Below, piece after piece: positions 35,733 to 46,160 of a stretch of DNA of 47,037 nt (its first letter is position 1; each line of letters starts with the position of its first letter). The position numbers were made by a program, and so were the translations under genes. The DNA is taken from contig JBMYXZ010000001.1 of NCBI GenBank assembly GCA_049608925.1, positions 1-47,037 of the forward strand, in the 5' to 3' direction. This DNA comes from Alphaproteobacteria bacterium (lineage in GTDB: Bacteria > Pseudomonadota > Alphaproteobacteria > JAGOMX01). The notes under the pieces were generated by a model, which was given only the letters and a program-made list of their open reading frames with translations, was not told the DNA's origin and made no database searches.

Positions 35733-38542
35733 GCCAGGCCGGTAATACCTTCTGACCGCAATTTGGCGCGATAATCTTCGAGCATATCACCAATTTTTTG
35801 GGCTTCTTCGATTTGCTCGACGATTTCGCCCTTGTTCCATACATCAATTTGATCGTTGGACGTTACCACGTTAAAGGCGTTTTTAAGCGGGCTTTTAGAC
35901 ATAATATCTCCATAGGCCCCCCTAATCTGCGATAGTCCTTTCTCGTCTTGCTGGAATAACAAGGACACCGCAAGCGTCATAACAAGCCTTGGGTCAACAG
36001 GCTTATTAGATTCCTCCTGACCACGAATCATATCGGCAAGTACTGATGTTAATTTTGCCCATTCTTTTCTGCTTAGTAGCACCTTCATCCGCAAGGTATT
36101 TGCTTTTTCCGAGCTATCACCCTCAAGGACTTCTTCTACTTTGTCATATTCTTTCATCATCAAGTGCGCCTGAGCTTTTAGATAGCGATGCTCCTCTTCT
36201 GGGCTGCTGGCAAGCGCTTGCAATGTCTTCTTTGGTTTATGCGCCAGTAAGGTTAGAACCGCATACTGGGTTAGCTTCTTTTGACGTTCATCTTCTGGGA
36301 TATCGTCAGAAGTCACCTGATCCAGCAACAGCTGGCTGGCCTTATTCACCAGGTTCAGGTCAATCATTATATCAACAACCGTATTGATGATTTCCGTTCT
36401 ACGTTCATCTTTTGGAATGAAATTATCAAACTTTTGATACAGCCCTAATGCCAACAAAGGAGAATTCTCACGAGAATCGCGTATAGCCCTGACAAAATAG
36501 TCCTGCACCTTTTGATCAATATGTGCTTTAGACGTTTCTTTGGGGAATCGTTTAATCGCTTGCCGCAGACAATGCAAACCATCCACATAGTTCTTTTGTT
36601 GAATATATAAGCCGCCTAAGCGCAACAATACGCGTAGCTCTAGCTCGTCCCCCTTCCAACGGTACCGCAGCCGCTTGATCATCTTCAGCTCGTCTTCAGG
36701 CTTAAGATCACCCTCTTTTCGTAACATCGTTGTCATAGCCAGTGTTGCCCGCACACCTTCGGCATAGTCACGATGTTTGGCGATATCCTTCAGGCGTTGT
36801 AATGCCCCACGCTTGTCTTCCTTAGCTAGCTGCATCGCCCCGATCAAACGTAAGCGCAAATGTTGATGCTTCGTCAGCGCGTTTTCTACCAACAAAGGCA
36901 GCATCGGTTTCGCAGGCTTCTTTAACCTATAGGCTTCGTCAAAAGCCTGCATGACAATTCGATTGCGCAGGAAATCAGGATATTTTTTAATTATTGCCTG
37001 ACTACCTTTTACCTTGGATATAATATCATTTGGCAGCTTTAATGCCGACTTAGCGGCATGCAACCACAGCTGGCTTTCCACATCACGCCGTAAACTAGGA
37101 TGCGATAACTCAGCAATAGCCAAATCGTGCCGGCCTGCAAGATAAGCCGCTAGACCTTTAATCGCGTGAAATTTTGGATATTCATCCAACGTTGGATTAT
37201 AAACCTCCATAGCCCCAAGCAAGCCGATAGCTTCCAGATCACGGCCAGTCACAATGTAATATTGTGCCAGATTTAAACGTGCCCCCCTACGCTTATCCTT
37301 CGGCTTAGAAATTATTTCATACTCAAGCTGGCGCTGGATTCCAGCCATTTTATCGCCCTTTGGCCGCCAGGTACCAAAATCAAACATCGACTCAGGATAA
37401 TACACTTCCCGTTTAAGACCGCGATCCTCGGCAGGAGACATAACCAACCCTCCTTTAGAGGCAATGGTAAGATTGCCAGGGCGCGACTTAATCTCTACGC
37501 TTTCTCCTTTTGCCTGGAACACCAATCCTTGATAGCTTTTCCACACATCAATCTGAGGCAATATCCTGGCTTGAGGGTGTCCCGCCAATTCAGGTCCAAC
37601 AGGCACAACTTTAAAGAGGCTATTATCGCTGGGGACAATGATGTCATGCACCTCGCCCATGCCCTCGTGCTTTATGTATAATTCGGGCTGATCACGGGGG
37701 TCCTTCACGATTTTGAAAATCATCGGGTTAATATTTGGATTATAGCTACGCCTGATATTCAGTTTCCAGCCATCTGACGCAGGTACGAGTTTGCCATGCC
37801 AATCATTCCCTAGCCGCAATTGAAAACCGCCATAATTTTCACCCGTAAAGGGGGCAATAGACACAATCTGATCTTGCCCGTCTTTTGCTTTATATTCGCT
37901 GATAAAATTAATCGGCTTATCCACGACCATTATCAGTGTTTTATTGTATGGGAACAGCACCGCTTTTGATTCACCATCGGTTGTAATGTGCAGGTGCATT
38001 CCAGCATCATCTTCCACAACCTTAATTGGGATGATCTTTTTTTCAGTTTTAGCAGGTGTCTCTGGCTCTTCAATCGCCTCCTCGACAGCATCTTCGACAA
38101 CTTCCTCTATAGCTTCTTGCGGTTTTTTGGCCGCGTCTTTAGAGGGCTTGTGTCCTGGCATAATCCCACTGCTTGCAGGCTTTATCATGGGCGTTTCAGG
38201 CTGCGCCCAAACGACATCCATCATGACACTGTTCTTAACCCTGAAAGTCCGAATATCAGCAGGTTTATCAACCGCAAGCTCAATTGCCAACTTAGGCGCA
38301 TTCTCGATTTTTGAGACGCTTACGTCCGGTGGCAGATAAAACTGCAGCTCTTTATCTGTGATGTTCTTCTTACCATCAAACTGGATGCGAATTTTTGGGA
38401 AGTCTTGGACGACCTCGTATTTGGTCTTTTTATCCCAGTTAAAAGCAATACGGGTAAAGCCTTTGTGTATACCAGCTTTTACAAACTGAGCATTTGCAGG
38501 GGCTGCAAGTATCGCAATTAGGATAACCAGACTATAGACCAC
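35729..38542 (-). CDS. Large (937 aa) periplasmic protein: AMIN-like N-terminal beta domain, acidic linker, long TPR-like helical C-terminal region
   Basis: GTG start. Signal peptide (M)VYSLVILIAILAAPANA|QF. 'GFTRIAFNWDKKTKYEVVQDFPKIRIQFDG' looks AMIN-like. Acidic linker 'EAIEEVVEDAVEEAIEEPE'. The C-terminal ~500 aa are helical-repeat-like. Domain names are by-eye guesses. Confidence 0.7.
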   Translation of the reverse strand: MVYSLVILIAILAAPANAQFVKAGIHKGFTRIAFNWDKKTKYEVVQDFPKIRIQFDGKKNITDKELQFYLPPDVSVSKIENAPKLAIELAVDKPADIRTFRVKNSVMMDVVWAQPETPMIKPASSGIMPGHKPSKDAAKKPQEAIEEVVEDAVEEAIEEPETPAKTEKKIIPIKVVEDDAGMHLHITTDGESKAVLFPYNKTLIMVVDKPINFISEYKAKDGQDQIVSIAPFTGENYGGFQLRLGNDWHGKLVPASDGWKLNIRRSYNPNINPMIFKIVKDPRDQPELYIKHEGMGEVHDIIVPSDNSLFKVVPVGPELAGHPQARILPQIDVWKSYQGLVFQAKGESVEIKSRPGNLTIASKGGLVMSPAEDRGLKREVYYPESMFDFGTWRPKGDKMAGIQRQLEYEIISKPKDKRRGARLNLAQYYIVTGRDLEAIGLLGAMEVYNPTLDEYPKFHAIKGLAAYLAGRHDLAIAELSHPSLRRDVESQLWLHAAKSALKLPNDIISKVKGSQAIIKKYPDFLRNRIVMQAFDEAYRLKKPAKPMLPLLVENALTKHQHLRLRLIGAMQLAKEDKRGALQRLKDIAKHRDYAEGVRATLAMTTMLRKEGDLKPEDELKMIKRLRYRWKGDELELRVLLRLGGLYIQQKNYVDGLHCLRQAIKRFPKETSKAHIDQKVQDYFVRAIRDSRENSPLLALGLYQKFDNFIPKDERRTEIINTVVDIMIDLNLVNKASQLLLDQVTSDDIPEDERQKKLTQYAVLTLLAHKPKKTLQALASSPEEEHRYLKAQAHLMMKEYDKVEEVLEGDSSEKANTLRMKVLLSRKEWAKLTSVLADMIRGQEESNKPVDPRLVMTLAVSLLFQQDEKGLSQIRGAYGDIMSKSPLKNAFNVVTSNDQIDVWNKGEIVEQIEEAQKIGDMLEDYRAKLRSEGITGLA

Positions 38543-38593
38543 GAAGCTCTCATATTATTTTTGCTAAAATTCTAGCGGGTATTCCAGGGATCA

Positions 38594-40357
38594 TCAACCA
38601 TGCAAATACGCTAGTTTGGAATCGTTTTCCTTCAATCCTTCCATATGCACTTGATGCCACAGGCTGTAGAACAAGATAGACCAAGCTTTTCTGCCAGATT
38701 TGGCGGATGAATCGCTGAAGATATCATTAAGTTCGTCCTTAGAAAATATCTCGCGCGTGCACGGTAAATCATGCAGAGTGCCCAATATTTTTTCCCTGCG
38801 TGCATAAATCCACTGACCAACTGGGACCGTAAAACCTTTTTTCTTACCAAACGCCTCTGCTGCTGGACAATGTTGTTGCAACCATTTTCGCAACAGATAC
38901 TTACCAAATTTACCCTGAATTTTTGCAGAATCAGGCAGGTTAAAGGCAAAATCACCCAGAACAGGATCCAAAAACGGTGTGCGCCCCTCAACACTGTGTG
39001 CCATTAAACATCGATCCAATTTCAGTAGTAAATCAGCAGGCAACCAACCATGAATATCCACATATTGAGCTTGTTTCACCCGAGACCAGGATTTAAAGGT
39101 TTTCGCTTCATCATACAAGGACTGCATACGATCTTTCCAAGCCCATTTCTGGGAAAAATCGTGCTTTTCAAACATCCCTTTTAACCGCATCGGTTTGCCA
39201 AATAACCACCATGGTCTTGCGGCTGCACGATAGCGTCCATATCCGGCGAACAACTCGTCCCCCCCTTCTCCGCTTAAGATCACCTTAAGGCCAGAATCTT
39301 TTGCCATTTTTGCAAGCTTATAAGTCGGAAGAATCGCGTAATCCAAGCATGGGTCATCAAATGCTTTGGCGATTTTATAGAGAGAGGACCAAAAATCGGA
39401 CTCTCCAAACAGTGTCTCGTTGTATTCAGCGCCCAGAGATTTAGCGACCTTTTGAGCAGCTTCTCGTTCATCGTGTACTTGGCTGCCCTCAAAACCGCAG
39501 GTAAATGTCGTCACTGGCGAATCATTCAGCCGAGCCATCATCGTCAAAATGGCAGATGAGTCTATCCCACCAGACAAAAACATCCCATAAGGAACGTCTG
39601 ATCGCTGGTGAATATCCACTGTTTCTTCAAAAAGCTTATCGAAGTCAGAAAGAAGTCCATCAAAATCCTTTGCATCCCGAGATTCTGAAGGAGAGACAGG
39701 CGTGTGCTTATTAGAAGATTCTATACCTTTTCTGGTAATTGTCAGCGTCTCACCAGGCAAAAGGCGCCTGATGCTTTTATACAGAGTGTGTTGCCCACTA
39801 GAATAGTTCAAGTTCAGAAGTTCTGCTCGAGATATCGGATCAATTTCTGGATTCAGTAACCCCGCTGTGAAAAAGCTTTTAGGCTCGGAAGCAAAAGCCA
39901 CAATTTTTTCATCCTCATACAAATATAGAGGTTTGATTCCAAAAGGATCCCGCGAAAGGGTTATTTTTGACTGCAACGGGCACAGTACAGCCAGACCATA
40001 CATTCCCCGCAACTGACGAATTACGTCTTCCCTGTTCTGATGAAATAGATGCACAACTGGCTCAAAGTCTGAGTTTGAGTAAGTTTGCGTTGTGGGCGGA
40101 ACATCTTTTGCAAGCTCTTGATAGTTATATATTTCTCCGTTTCCAACCAACAATGTCCCGCTATCATTGTGCAGGGGTTGATGCCCACCCTTTAGGTCAA
40201 TAATAGACAAGCGTGTGTGGACAATTCCAAAACCATCTTGCACATACATACCCTGATCATCAGGACCTCGGTGTACCAAGCAGTTAGCCATACTTTGAAG
40301 TTGTTCGGTTGATACAGGCGCAGCAGTCTTAGATATTATTCCAGCAATTCCACACAT
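38594..40357 (-). CDS. asnB: Asparagine synthase (glutamine-hydrolysing)
   Basis: Has the 'MCGIAGII' Ntn Cys2 and 'FLSGGIDSS' (PP-loop SGGxDS). Confidence 0.92.
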   Translation of the reverse strand: MCGIAGIISKTAAPVSTEQLQSMANCLVHRGPDDQGMYVQDGFGIVHTRLSIIDLKGGHQPLHNDSGTLLVGNGEIYNYQELAKDVPPTTQTYSNSDFEPVVHLFHQNREDVIRQLRGMYGLAVLCPLQSKITLSRDPFGIKPLYLYEDEKIVAFASEPKSFFTAGLLNPEIDPISRAELLNLNYSSGQHTLYKSIRRLLPGETLTITRKGIESSNKHTPVSPSESRDAKDFDGLLSDFDKLFEETVDIHQRSDVPYGMFLSGGIDSSAILTMMARLNDSPVTTFTCGFEGSQVHDEREAAQKVAKSLGAEYNETLFGESDFWSSLYKIAKAFDDPCLDYAILPTYKLAKMAKDSGLKVILSGEGGDELFAGYGRYRAAARPWWLFGKPMRLKGMFEKHDFSQKWAWKDRMQSLYDEAKTFKSWSRVKQAQYVDIHGWLPADLLLKLDRCLMAHSVEGRTPFLDPVLGDFAFNLPDSAKIQGKFGKYLLRKWLQQHCPAAEAFGKKKGFTVPVGQWIYARREKILGTLHDLPCTREIFSKDELNDIFSDSSAKSGRKAWSILFYSLWHQVHMEGLKENDSKLAYLHG

Positions 40358-40366
40358 GTAAGACGT

Positions 40367-41977
40367 CTATCCTTTTGGAGCCGAAATCTCAAGATCATAG
40401 GAAGCAGACAAAAGCTTTTGTGTATATTCTTCTTGAGGATTCAGGAAGATATCTTCGGAAAGGCCTTGTTCAACGATTTTGCCTTTTAACATGACCACAA
40501 TTTTATGGCTCATAGCCTTTACCACACTAAGGTCATGGCTGATAAAGATATAAGCCAGTTTATATTTCTTTTGTATGTTTCTTAGCAAATCAATAACTTC
40601 TGACTGAACCGCACGGTCCAATGCAGATGTTGGCTCGTCTAAAATCAACAGTTTAGGCTTTAAGATCAAAGCGCGTGCAATGGCGATGCGTTGACGCTGA
40701 CCGCCAGAAAATTCATGGGGATAACGATGGCGTGTTCTGGGGTCAATACCAACTTCATTCAGAACGCTTTTCACCATTTTGGTTTCTTCATCCTTGCTGG
40801 AAGCAAGTTTGTGGACTTTCACCCCTTCTGCAACAATCTGGTGAACGGTCATTCTGGGGCTTAATGATCCAAATGGGTCTTGGAAGACGACCTGCATATC
40901 ACGCCTGTAACTGCGGAATTGCTTGCTGGGAATAGACTGGATGTCCGTCCCTTCAAGTAAAATTTCGCCCTCGCTTTGCTGCAAGCGCATGATTGCCATG
41001 GCCAATGTTGTTTTACCAGAGCCACTTTCCCCCACAATCCCAAGCGTTTCACCCTGCCTAACATGCACAGATACATCATTAACAGCGTGCAGAAAGCTAG
41101 ATGTTTTACCCCAAAAAGTCTTCGCCGTTGGAAATTTCACATGAACATTCGAAGCTGATACAATGTCTTTTGCGGTTTTTTTCACCGCCTCCGGAGCACC
41201 TTTTGGCACAGACCCAATAAGGTGTTGGGTATATTCATGGCTAGGGCTATCCATTACCTGTTTCATGGTCCCGGATTCAACTATCTGGCCATTGTACAAA
41301 ACGTTCACACGCTTTGCCATGTGCCTAACCACTCCAAGATCATGAGTGATCAGCAACAATGCCATATTTAGCCTGCCTTGCAGCTCTTTTAACAAGTCGA
41401 GAATTTGTGCCTGGGTTGTAACATCCAGAGCTGTTGTGGGCTCATCAGCGATCAGAAGCTTTGGATTGCCGGCTAAAGCCATTGCAATCATGATACGTTG
41501 CCGCTGCCCTCCGGACAGCTCGTGTGGCAGGGCAGATAGCCTATCTTTGCCGTCAGAAAAGCCCACCAGCTCCAGCAGCTCGACAATTCGATCTGTCACA
41601 GCGCTTGCGCGCAAGTCACTATGCAAGCGCACAGACTCTCCAATCTGCTTTTCAATACTGTGCAGAGGGTTCAGGGACGTCATGGGCTCTTGGAAAATCA
41701 TTCCGATATCACCGCCACGTAAGTCCCGCAGCTCGTCTGGTGACATGGTTAAGGTGTCCTTGCCTTCAAAGACGATTTTGCCTGATGGATGATGGGCAAA
41801 CGGATAAGGCAAAAGCTTTAGAATTGACAGTGACGCAGCTGTTTTACCCGAGCCACTTTCCCCAACCAAAGCAACTGTCTCGCCCTCGTGGATGTCATAG
41901 CTAATCCCACGCACCGCTTTGGTGTCACCATAATTAACTGATAGATTGCAGACGTCTAGTAGGGGGATCTGCTTCAT
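40367..41977 (-). CDS. yejF: Peptide ABC transporter, fused double ATP-binding protein (YejF-like)
   Basis: Two Walker A motifs (GESGSGKT twice) and two LSGGQRQR signatures. Confidence 0.9.
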   Translation of the reverse strand: MKQIPLLDVCNLSVNYGDTKAVRGISYDIHEGETVALVGESGSGKTAASLSILKLLPYPFAHHPSGKIVFEGKDTLTMSPDELRDLRGGDIGMIFQEPMTSLNPLHSIEKQIGESVRLHSDLRASAVTDRIVELLELVGFSDGKDRLSALPHELSGGQRQRIMIAMALAGNPKLLIADEPTTALDVTTQAQILDLLKELQGRLNMALLLITHDLGVVRHMAKRVNVLYNGQIVESGTMKQVMDSPSHEYTQHLIGSVPKGAPEAVKKTAKDIVSASNVHVKFPTAKTFWGKTSSFLHAVNDVSVHVRQGETLGIVGESGSGKTTLAMAIMRLQQSEGEILLEGTDIQSIPSKQFRSYRRDMQVVFQDPFGSLSPRMTVHQIVAEGVKVHKLASSKDEETKMVKSVLNEVGIDPRTRHRYPHEFSGGQRQRIAIARALILKPKLLILDEPTSALDRAVQSEVIDLLRNIQKKYKLAYIFISHDLSVVKAMSHKIVVMLKGKIVEQGLSEDIFLNPQEEYTQKLLSASYDLEISAPKG

Positions 41978-43005
41978 AGGACTATCTTTCTGGGATCAAA
42001 AGCGTCGCGCACGGCCTCACCCACGAAGACCAGCAGGCTAAGCAAGGATGCCACCACGATAAACGATGTGATACCCAACCAGGGCGCATGAATATTGTTT
42101 TTACCTTGAGCAAGCATTTCCCCCAACGACGGTGATCCTGGAGGCAGCCCAAATCCAAGGAAATCAAGCGATGTTAAAGTTGTTATCGATCCGTTTAAGA
42201 TGAAAGGCATAAAGGTCAGTGTTGCAACCATAGCATTAGGCAAAACATGCTTGATCATGATCTTTGGCGTGGATAGACCCAACGCACGTGCAGCCTTCAC
42301 ATAATCAAAGTTTCGTCCTCGGAAGAATTCAGCTCGGACAACATTGACCAGTGACATCCAGCTAAATAGTAACATCAGCCCTAGCAGCCACCAGAAATTG
42401 GGCTCGACAATACTTCCTAAGATAATCAACAGGAATAAGGTCGGCAAGCCTGACCATATCTCGATAAACCTTTGGAATGATATGTCGATAATGCCACCAA
42501 AATACCCTTGCACCGCCCCTGCAGCAACGCCAATTATTGAGCTGAAAATTGTCAAAGTTAGGCCAAAAAGCACAGATATTCGAAAGCCATATATCAAGCG
42601 CGCCAAAACGTCACGGCCTTGATCATCGGTTCCTAGATAATTCTCCCAATCTGGCTTAGAGGGAGCCGGAGTAGGAATGTCATAATTAATAGTGTTATAG
42701 CTATAGCGAATTGGAGGCCAAATCATCCACCCTTTTTTGTTTATAATCTCCAATACATATGGATCCCGATAGTTTGCCTCGGTCTCGAATTCTCCCCCAA
42801 ATGCCGTTTCTGGATAAGAAATCAAGACAGGACAGTAATATTCACCATCATATTGTACCAACAAAGGTTTTTCATTCGCCAGGAACTCGGCGAACAGCGT
42901 TATAGTAAAGATAAACAAGAATATCCAAAATGACCAAAACCCGCGGCGGTTAGCGCAAAAATGATGTAGCCTTCGTTGTGCGAGAGGTGACATTCTTAAC
43001 TTCAT
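41974..43005 (-). CDS. yejE: Peptide ABC transporter permease (YejE-like)
   Basis: Polytopic with an Opp/Dpp-type permease core, '[24 protein letters not shown]'. Operon position supports the call. Confidence 0.85.
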   Translation of the reverse strand: MKLRMSPLAQRRLHHFCANRRGFWSFWIFLFIFTITLFAEFLANEKPLLVQYDGEYYCPVLISYPETAFGGEFETEANYRDPYVLEIINKKGWMIWPPIRYSYNTINYDIPTPAPSKPDWENYLGTDDQGRDVLARLIYGFRISVLFGLTLTIFSSIIGVAAGAVQGYFGGIIDISFQRFIEIWSGLPTLFLLIILGSIVEPNFWWLLGLMLLFSWMSLVNVVRAEFFRGRNFDYVKAARALGLSTPKIMIKHVLPNAMVATLTFMPFILNGSITTLTSLDFLGFGLPPGSPSLGEMLAQGKNNIHAPWLGITSFIVVASLLSLLVFVGEAVRDAFDPRKIVL

Positions 43006-44108
43006 GACATCCTCTTCGATAGATCAATACGTGGGTCAACAAGCATGTATGTGATATCACCAATTAAGTGCACAGCAAGGCTGATCAGGGTGAAGATATA
43101 CAAGGTTCCAAACATCACTGGGTAATCTCGGCTGATCGCGGCCTCAAACCCTAATAATCCCAGCCCGTCTAGAGAGAAAATCACCTCCACTAGCAATGCT
43201 CCCGTGAATAAAATACCTATAAACGCCGCCGGAAGGCCGCCAATGACGATAAGCATTGCATTCCGGAATATATGACCGTACAGCACGCCCTGCTCTCCCA
43301 GGCCTTTCGCACGTGCCGTCATCACATATTGTTTATTGATTTCCTCAACGAAAGAGTTCTTAGTCAGCAACGTCAAGCTGGCAAAGCCACTGATCACCAG
43401 TGACACAACGGGAAGTGTGATGTGCCAAAAATAATCGAGGATTTTGTCAGGCCAGGACATTTCTGCCCAACCATCAGACACCAGGCCCCGCAAAGGGAAC
43501 AGGTCTAAAAACGACCCACCCGCAAATAGGATGATCAGCAAAATTGCAAACAGAAATCCTGGAATGGCATAACCAACGATAATAATACTGCTGGTCCAGA
43601 CATCAAAAGCCGAGCCATCTCGCACAGCTTTTGTCACGCCCAATGGAATTGATATCAGATAGATAATCAGCGTCGTCCATAATCCCAACGAGATAGAGAC
43701 CGGCAGTTTTTCTTTAATCAGCTCAATCACCGACCGTTCTTTGAAATAACTGTTGCCGAATTCAAACTGCAGATAGCTCTTCACCATAATGGTGAATCGC
43801 TCATAGGCAGGTTTGTCAAAGCCATACAGCTTCTCGATTTCTTTGATGAATTCGGGGTCTAGTCCACGAGCGCCACGGTATTTGTTAGACATGGCCTGCC
43901 CGGATTCCCCAGAAATAGCCCCCATGTTTTCACTGCCAGTACTGCCAGAGATGCGGGCTGTAGCATCTACTGCAGTTCCACGAATTTTCGCAATCATTTG
44001 CTCAACGGGCCCACCAGGTGCCGCTTGCACAATGATAAAGTTGATCAGGATAATGCCAAACAGCGTTGGAATGATAAGAAGAAGACGTCTTAAAACATAT
44101 GACAGCAC
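43002..44108 (-). CDS. yejB: Peptide ABC transporter permease (YejB-like)
   Basis: Contains '[34 protein letters not shown]' and '[10 protein letters not shown]'. Confidence 0.85.
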   Translation of the reverse strand: MLSYVLRRLLLIIPTLFGIILINFIIVQAAPGGPVEQMIAKIRGTAVDATARISGSTGSENMGAISGESGQAMSNKYRGARGLDPEFIKEIEKLYGFDKPAYERFTIMVKSYLQFEFGNSYFKERSVIELIKEKLPVSISLGLWTTLIIYLISIPLGVTKAVRDGSAFDVWTSSIIIVGYAIPGFLFAILLIILFAGGSFLDLFPLRGLVSDGWAEMSWPDKILDYFWHITLPVVSLVISGFASLTLLTKNSFVEEINKQYVMTARAKGLGEQGVLYGHIFRNAMLIVIGGLPAAFIGILFTGALLVEVIFSLDGLGLLGFEAAISRDYPVMFGTLYIFTLISLAVHLIGDITYMLVDPRIDLSKRMS

Positions 44109-44135
44109 TGTTGATTAGCCCCTTATTATATTGAT

Positions 44136-46133
44136 TTAGGAGTTCTTTTTCTTAGCGGCAGCAGGTGATTTCTTCCCACCCTGCAGTGCTTTGTCCTTTT
44201 CTGCATCAATCCACCATGAATCAAATGCTGTCCCATACTTAGGGCGCACCTCTGGAATTCCAAAGCGATTCCAATAGGCTATCCAATCGCTGTTGTTATA
44301 CCAGCAAGGAACCGCATAAAAGTTTGCCAATAGAACACGATCCAATGCACGAGTGCGTTGAATCAATGACTCTCTTGTCGGTGCATCAATAAGCTTTTCA
44401 ATCAAGTCATCTATAACCTGATTTTGAATTCCCATATAGTTCAGACCACCAGGAATGTGCGCCGCCTTAGAACCCCACATTTCCAGCTGTTCGTTTCCAG
44501 GAGACTCTGACTGGCCGTAGCGAATTACAACCATATCAAAGTCAAAGTTTTCCATACGATCAACATACTGCGCACTATCGACAACGCGAATTTTCACGTC
44601 TATGCCCAAGCGTTCCAGATTGCGCTTGTATCCATTGATAATACGAACAAACTCGGGATGAACGACAAGAAACTCAATCTCAAAAGGCTCTTTATCATCA
44701 GAGTTTCCATCTACTAGCTTGCCATCTGAAATGACATATCCGGCAGACTCTAACAAGTTTTTGGCACGCCTCAATTGTTTGCGAATCGTTCCAGATCCAT
44801 CGTTCACTGGCATTTTGAATTCAGTCTTGAAGACCTCAGCAGGCAGCTTATCTTTGTAGTTATTTAGAATTTCCAGTTCCTCGCCTTTTGGCAAGCCACG
44901 GGCAGCTAACTCTGAGTTTTCGAAATAGCTATTGGTTCGCTTATAAAGGCCGTAAAAGAGGTTCTCATTCGTCCATTCAAAATCAAAGACCAATGACAGC
45001 GCCTTTCTGACTCTAATGTCACGAAACTTCTTCAAACGAGTATTGAATGCAAACCCTTGAAAGCCTTGATTCTTTTCGTGAGTGTTAGATTCCTTAACAA
45101 TATCGCCATTCTTAACCGCAGGAATATCATATCCTGTGGCCCATATTTTTGACACGGGCTCAAATCGCACGTCAATATCTCCCGCCTTGAACGCCTCGAA
45201 AGCGACTGTTAAGTCGCGGAAGTAGACATAACGCATTGTCTGAAAATTGTTGCGACCTACATTAACCGGCAGCTTTTCACCCCACCAGTTCTTCACACGC
45301 TCGTAAGTGATGGATTTTCCTGCGTCGAATTTTTTAATCCTATAAGGACCACTGCCCATTGGTTTAATCAAGGAAGCGTCTTCAAAGCGGTGCTTCTTAT
45401 AGAATTTTTCTGACAAGATTGGAAACTCGCCAATGGTCGCAGCTAATTCCTTATTATCACCGTCTTTGAAAGTAAACTGGACCTCATCAGAACCAGTCTT
45501 TTCAGCTTTTATCACTTCTCTGAAATAATTTTTAAAGAATGGCAGCCCTTTTTCCTTCAATATTTTGAATGAAAATATCACATCTTCTGGGCGAATCCTG
45601 GAACCGTCATGGAATTTTGCTTCTTTGCGAATTTTAAACTTAACTAATGCACGGTCTTCAGCCACATGAACCGACTTCGCAACATAGCAATATGATGAAA
45701 TGGCCTCGTCTTGTGAATGCATCATCAGAGTTGCATACATCAAAGAAGGGTGTAGAGGGCTCATACCCGCTGCAGGCGTTCCTTTGACAACAAAAGGGTT
45801 GAAACTGTCAAAGGATCCAAAAGCCACCATTGTAACGTCCCCGCCCTTTGGTGCATCAGGATTTACATAGTCAAAGTGCTTAAAATCTGGACCATATTTC
45901 AGCTCACCATACAGATCAACACCATGAGTAGATTCATGAACCGGTATGACGACAGGTTCTTCAATTTCGATGCCAGCTTGCTCGGCCAAGGTCTCGGCAG
46001 ATTCTGCGACATCTTCAAGGATCTCGGATGCAGCTTCAATCGCTTTGCTTACTTTATCAGATTCTTCAGAATTAACGGGATAGCCCCAAACTAAAAATAA
46101 AAATACTACAGCTTGTAACAAGGCTTTCATCAA
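44136..46133 (-). CDS. yejA: Extracellular solute-binding protein family 5 (YejA-like peptide-binding protein)
   Basis: 665 aa with a signal peptide. 'HFDYVNPDAPKGG' and 'GSGPYRIKKFD' are typical of YejA-type SBPs. Confidence 0.85.
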   Translation of the reverse strand: MMKALLQAVVFLFLVWGYPVNSEESDKVSKAIEAASEILEDVAESAETLAEQAGIEIEEPVVIPVHESTHGVDLYGELKYGPDFKHFDYVNPDAPKGGDVTMVAFGSFDSFNPFVVKGTPAAGMSPLHPSLMYATLMMHSQDEAISSYCYVAKSVHVAEDRALVKFKIRKEAKFHDGSRIRPEDVIFSFKILKEKGLPFFKNYFREVIKAEKTGSDEVQFTFKDGDNKELAATIGEFPILSEKFYKKHRFEDASLIKPMGSGPYRIKKFDAGKSITYERVKNWWGEKLPVNVGRNNFQTMRYVYFRDLTVAFEAFKAGDIDVRFEPVSKIWATGYDIPAVKNGDIVKESNTHEKNQGFQGFAFNTRLKKFRDIRVRKALSLVFDFEWTNENLFYGLYKRTNSYFENSELAARGLPKGEELEILNNYKDKLPAEVFKTEFKMPVNDGSGTIRKQLRRAKNLLESAGYVISDGKLVDGNSDDKEPFEIEFLVVHPEFVRIINGYKRNLERLGIDVKIRVVDSAQYVDRMENFDFDMVVIRYGQSESPGNEQLEMWGSKAAHIPGGLNYMGIQNQVIDDLIEKLIDAPTRESLIQRTRALDRVLLANFYAVPCWYNNSDWIAYWNRFGIPEVRPKYGTAFDSWWIDAEKDKALQGGKKSPAAAKKKNS

Positions 46134-46160
46134 TTCTTTCTCCGTATAACTGGTGTTTAT

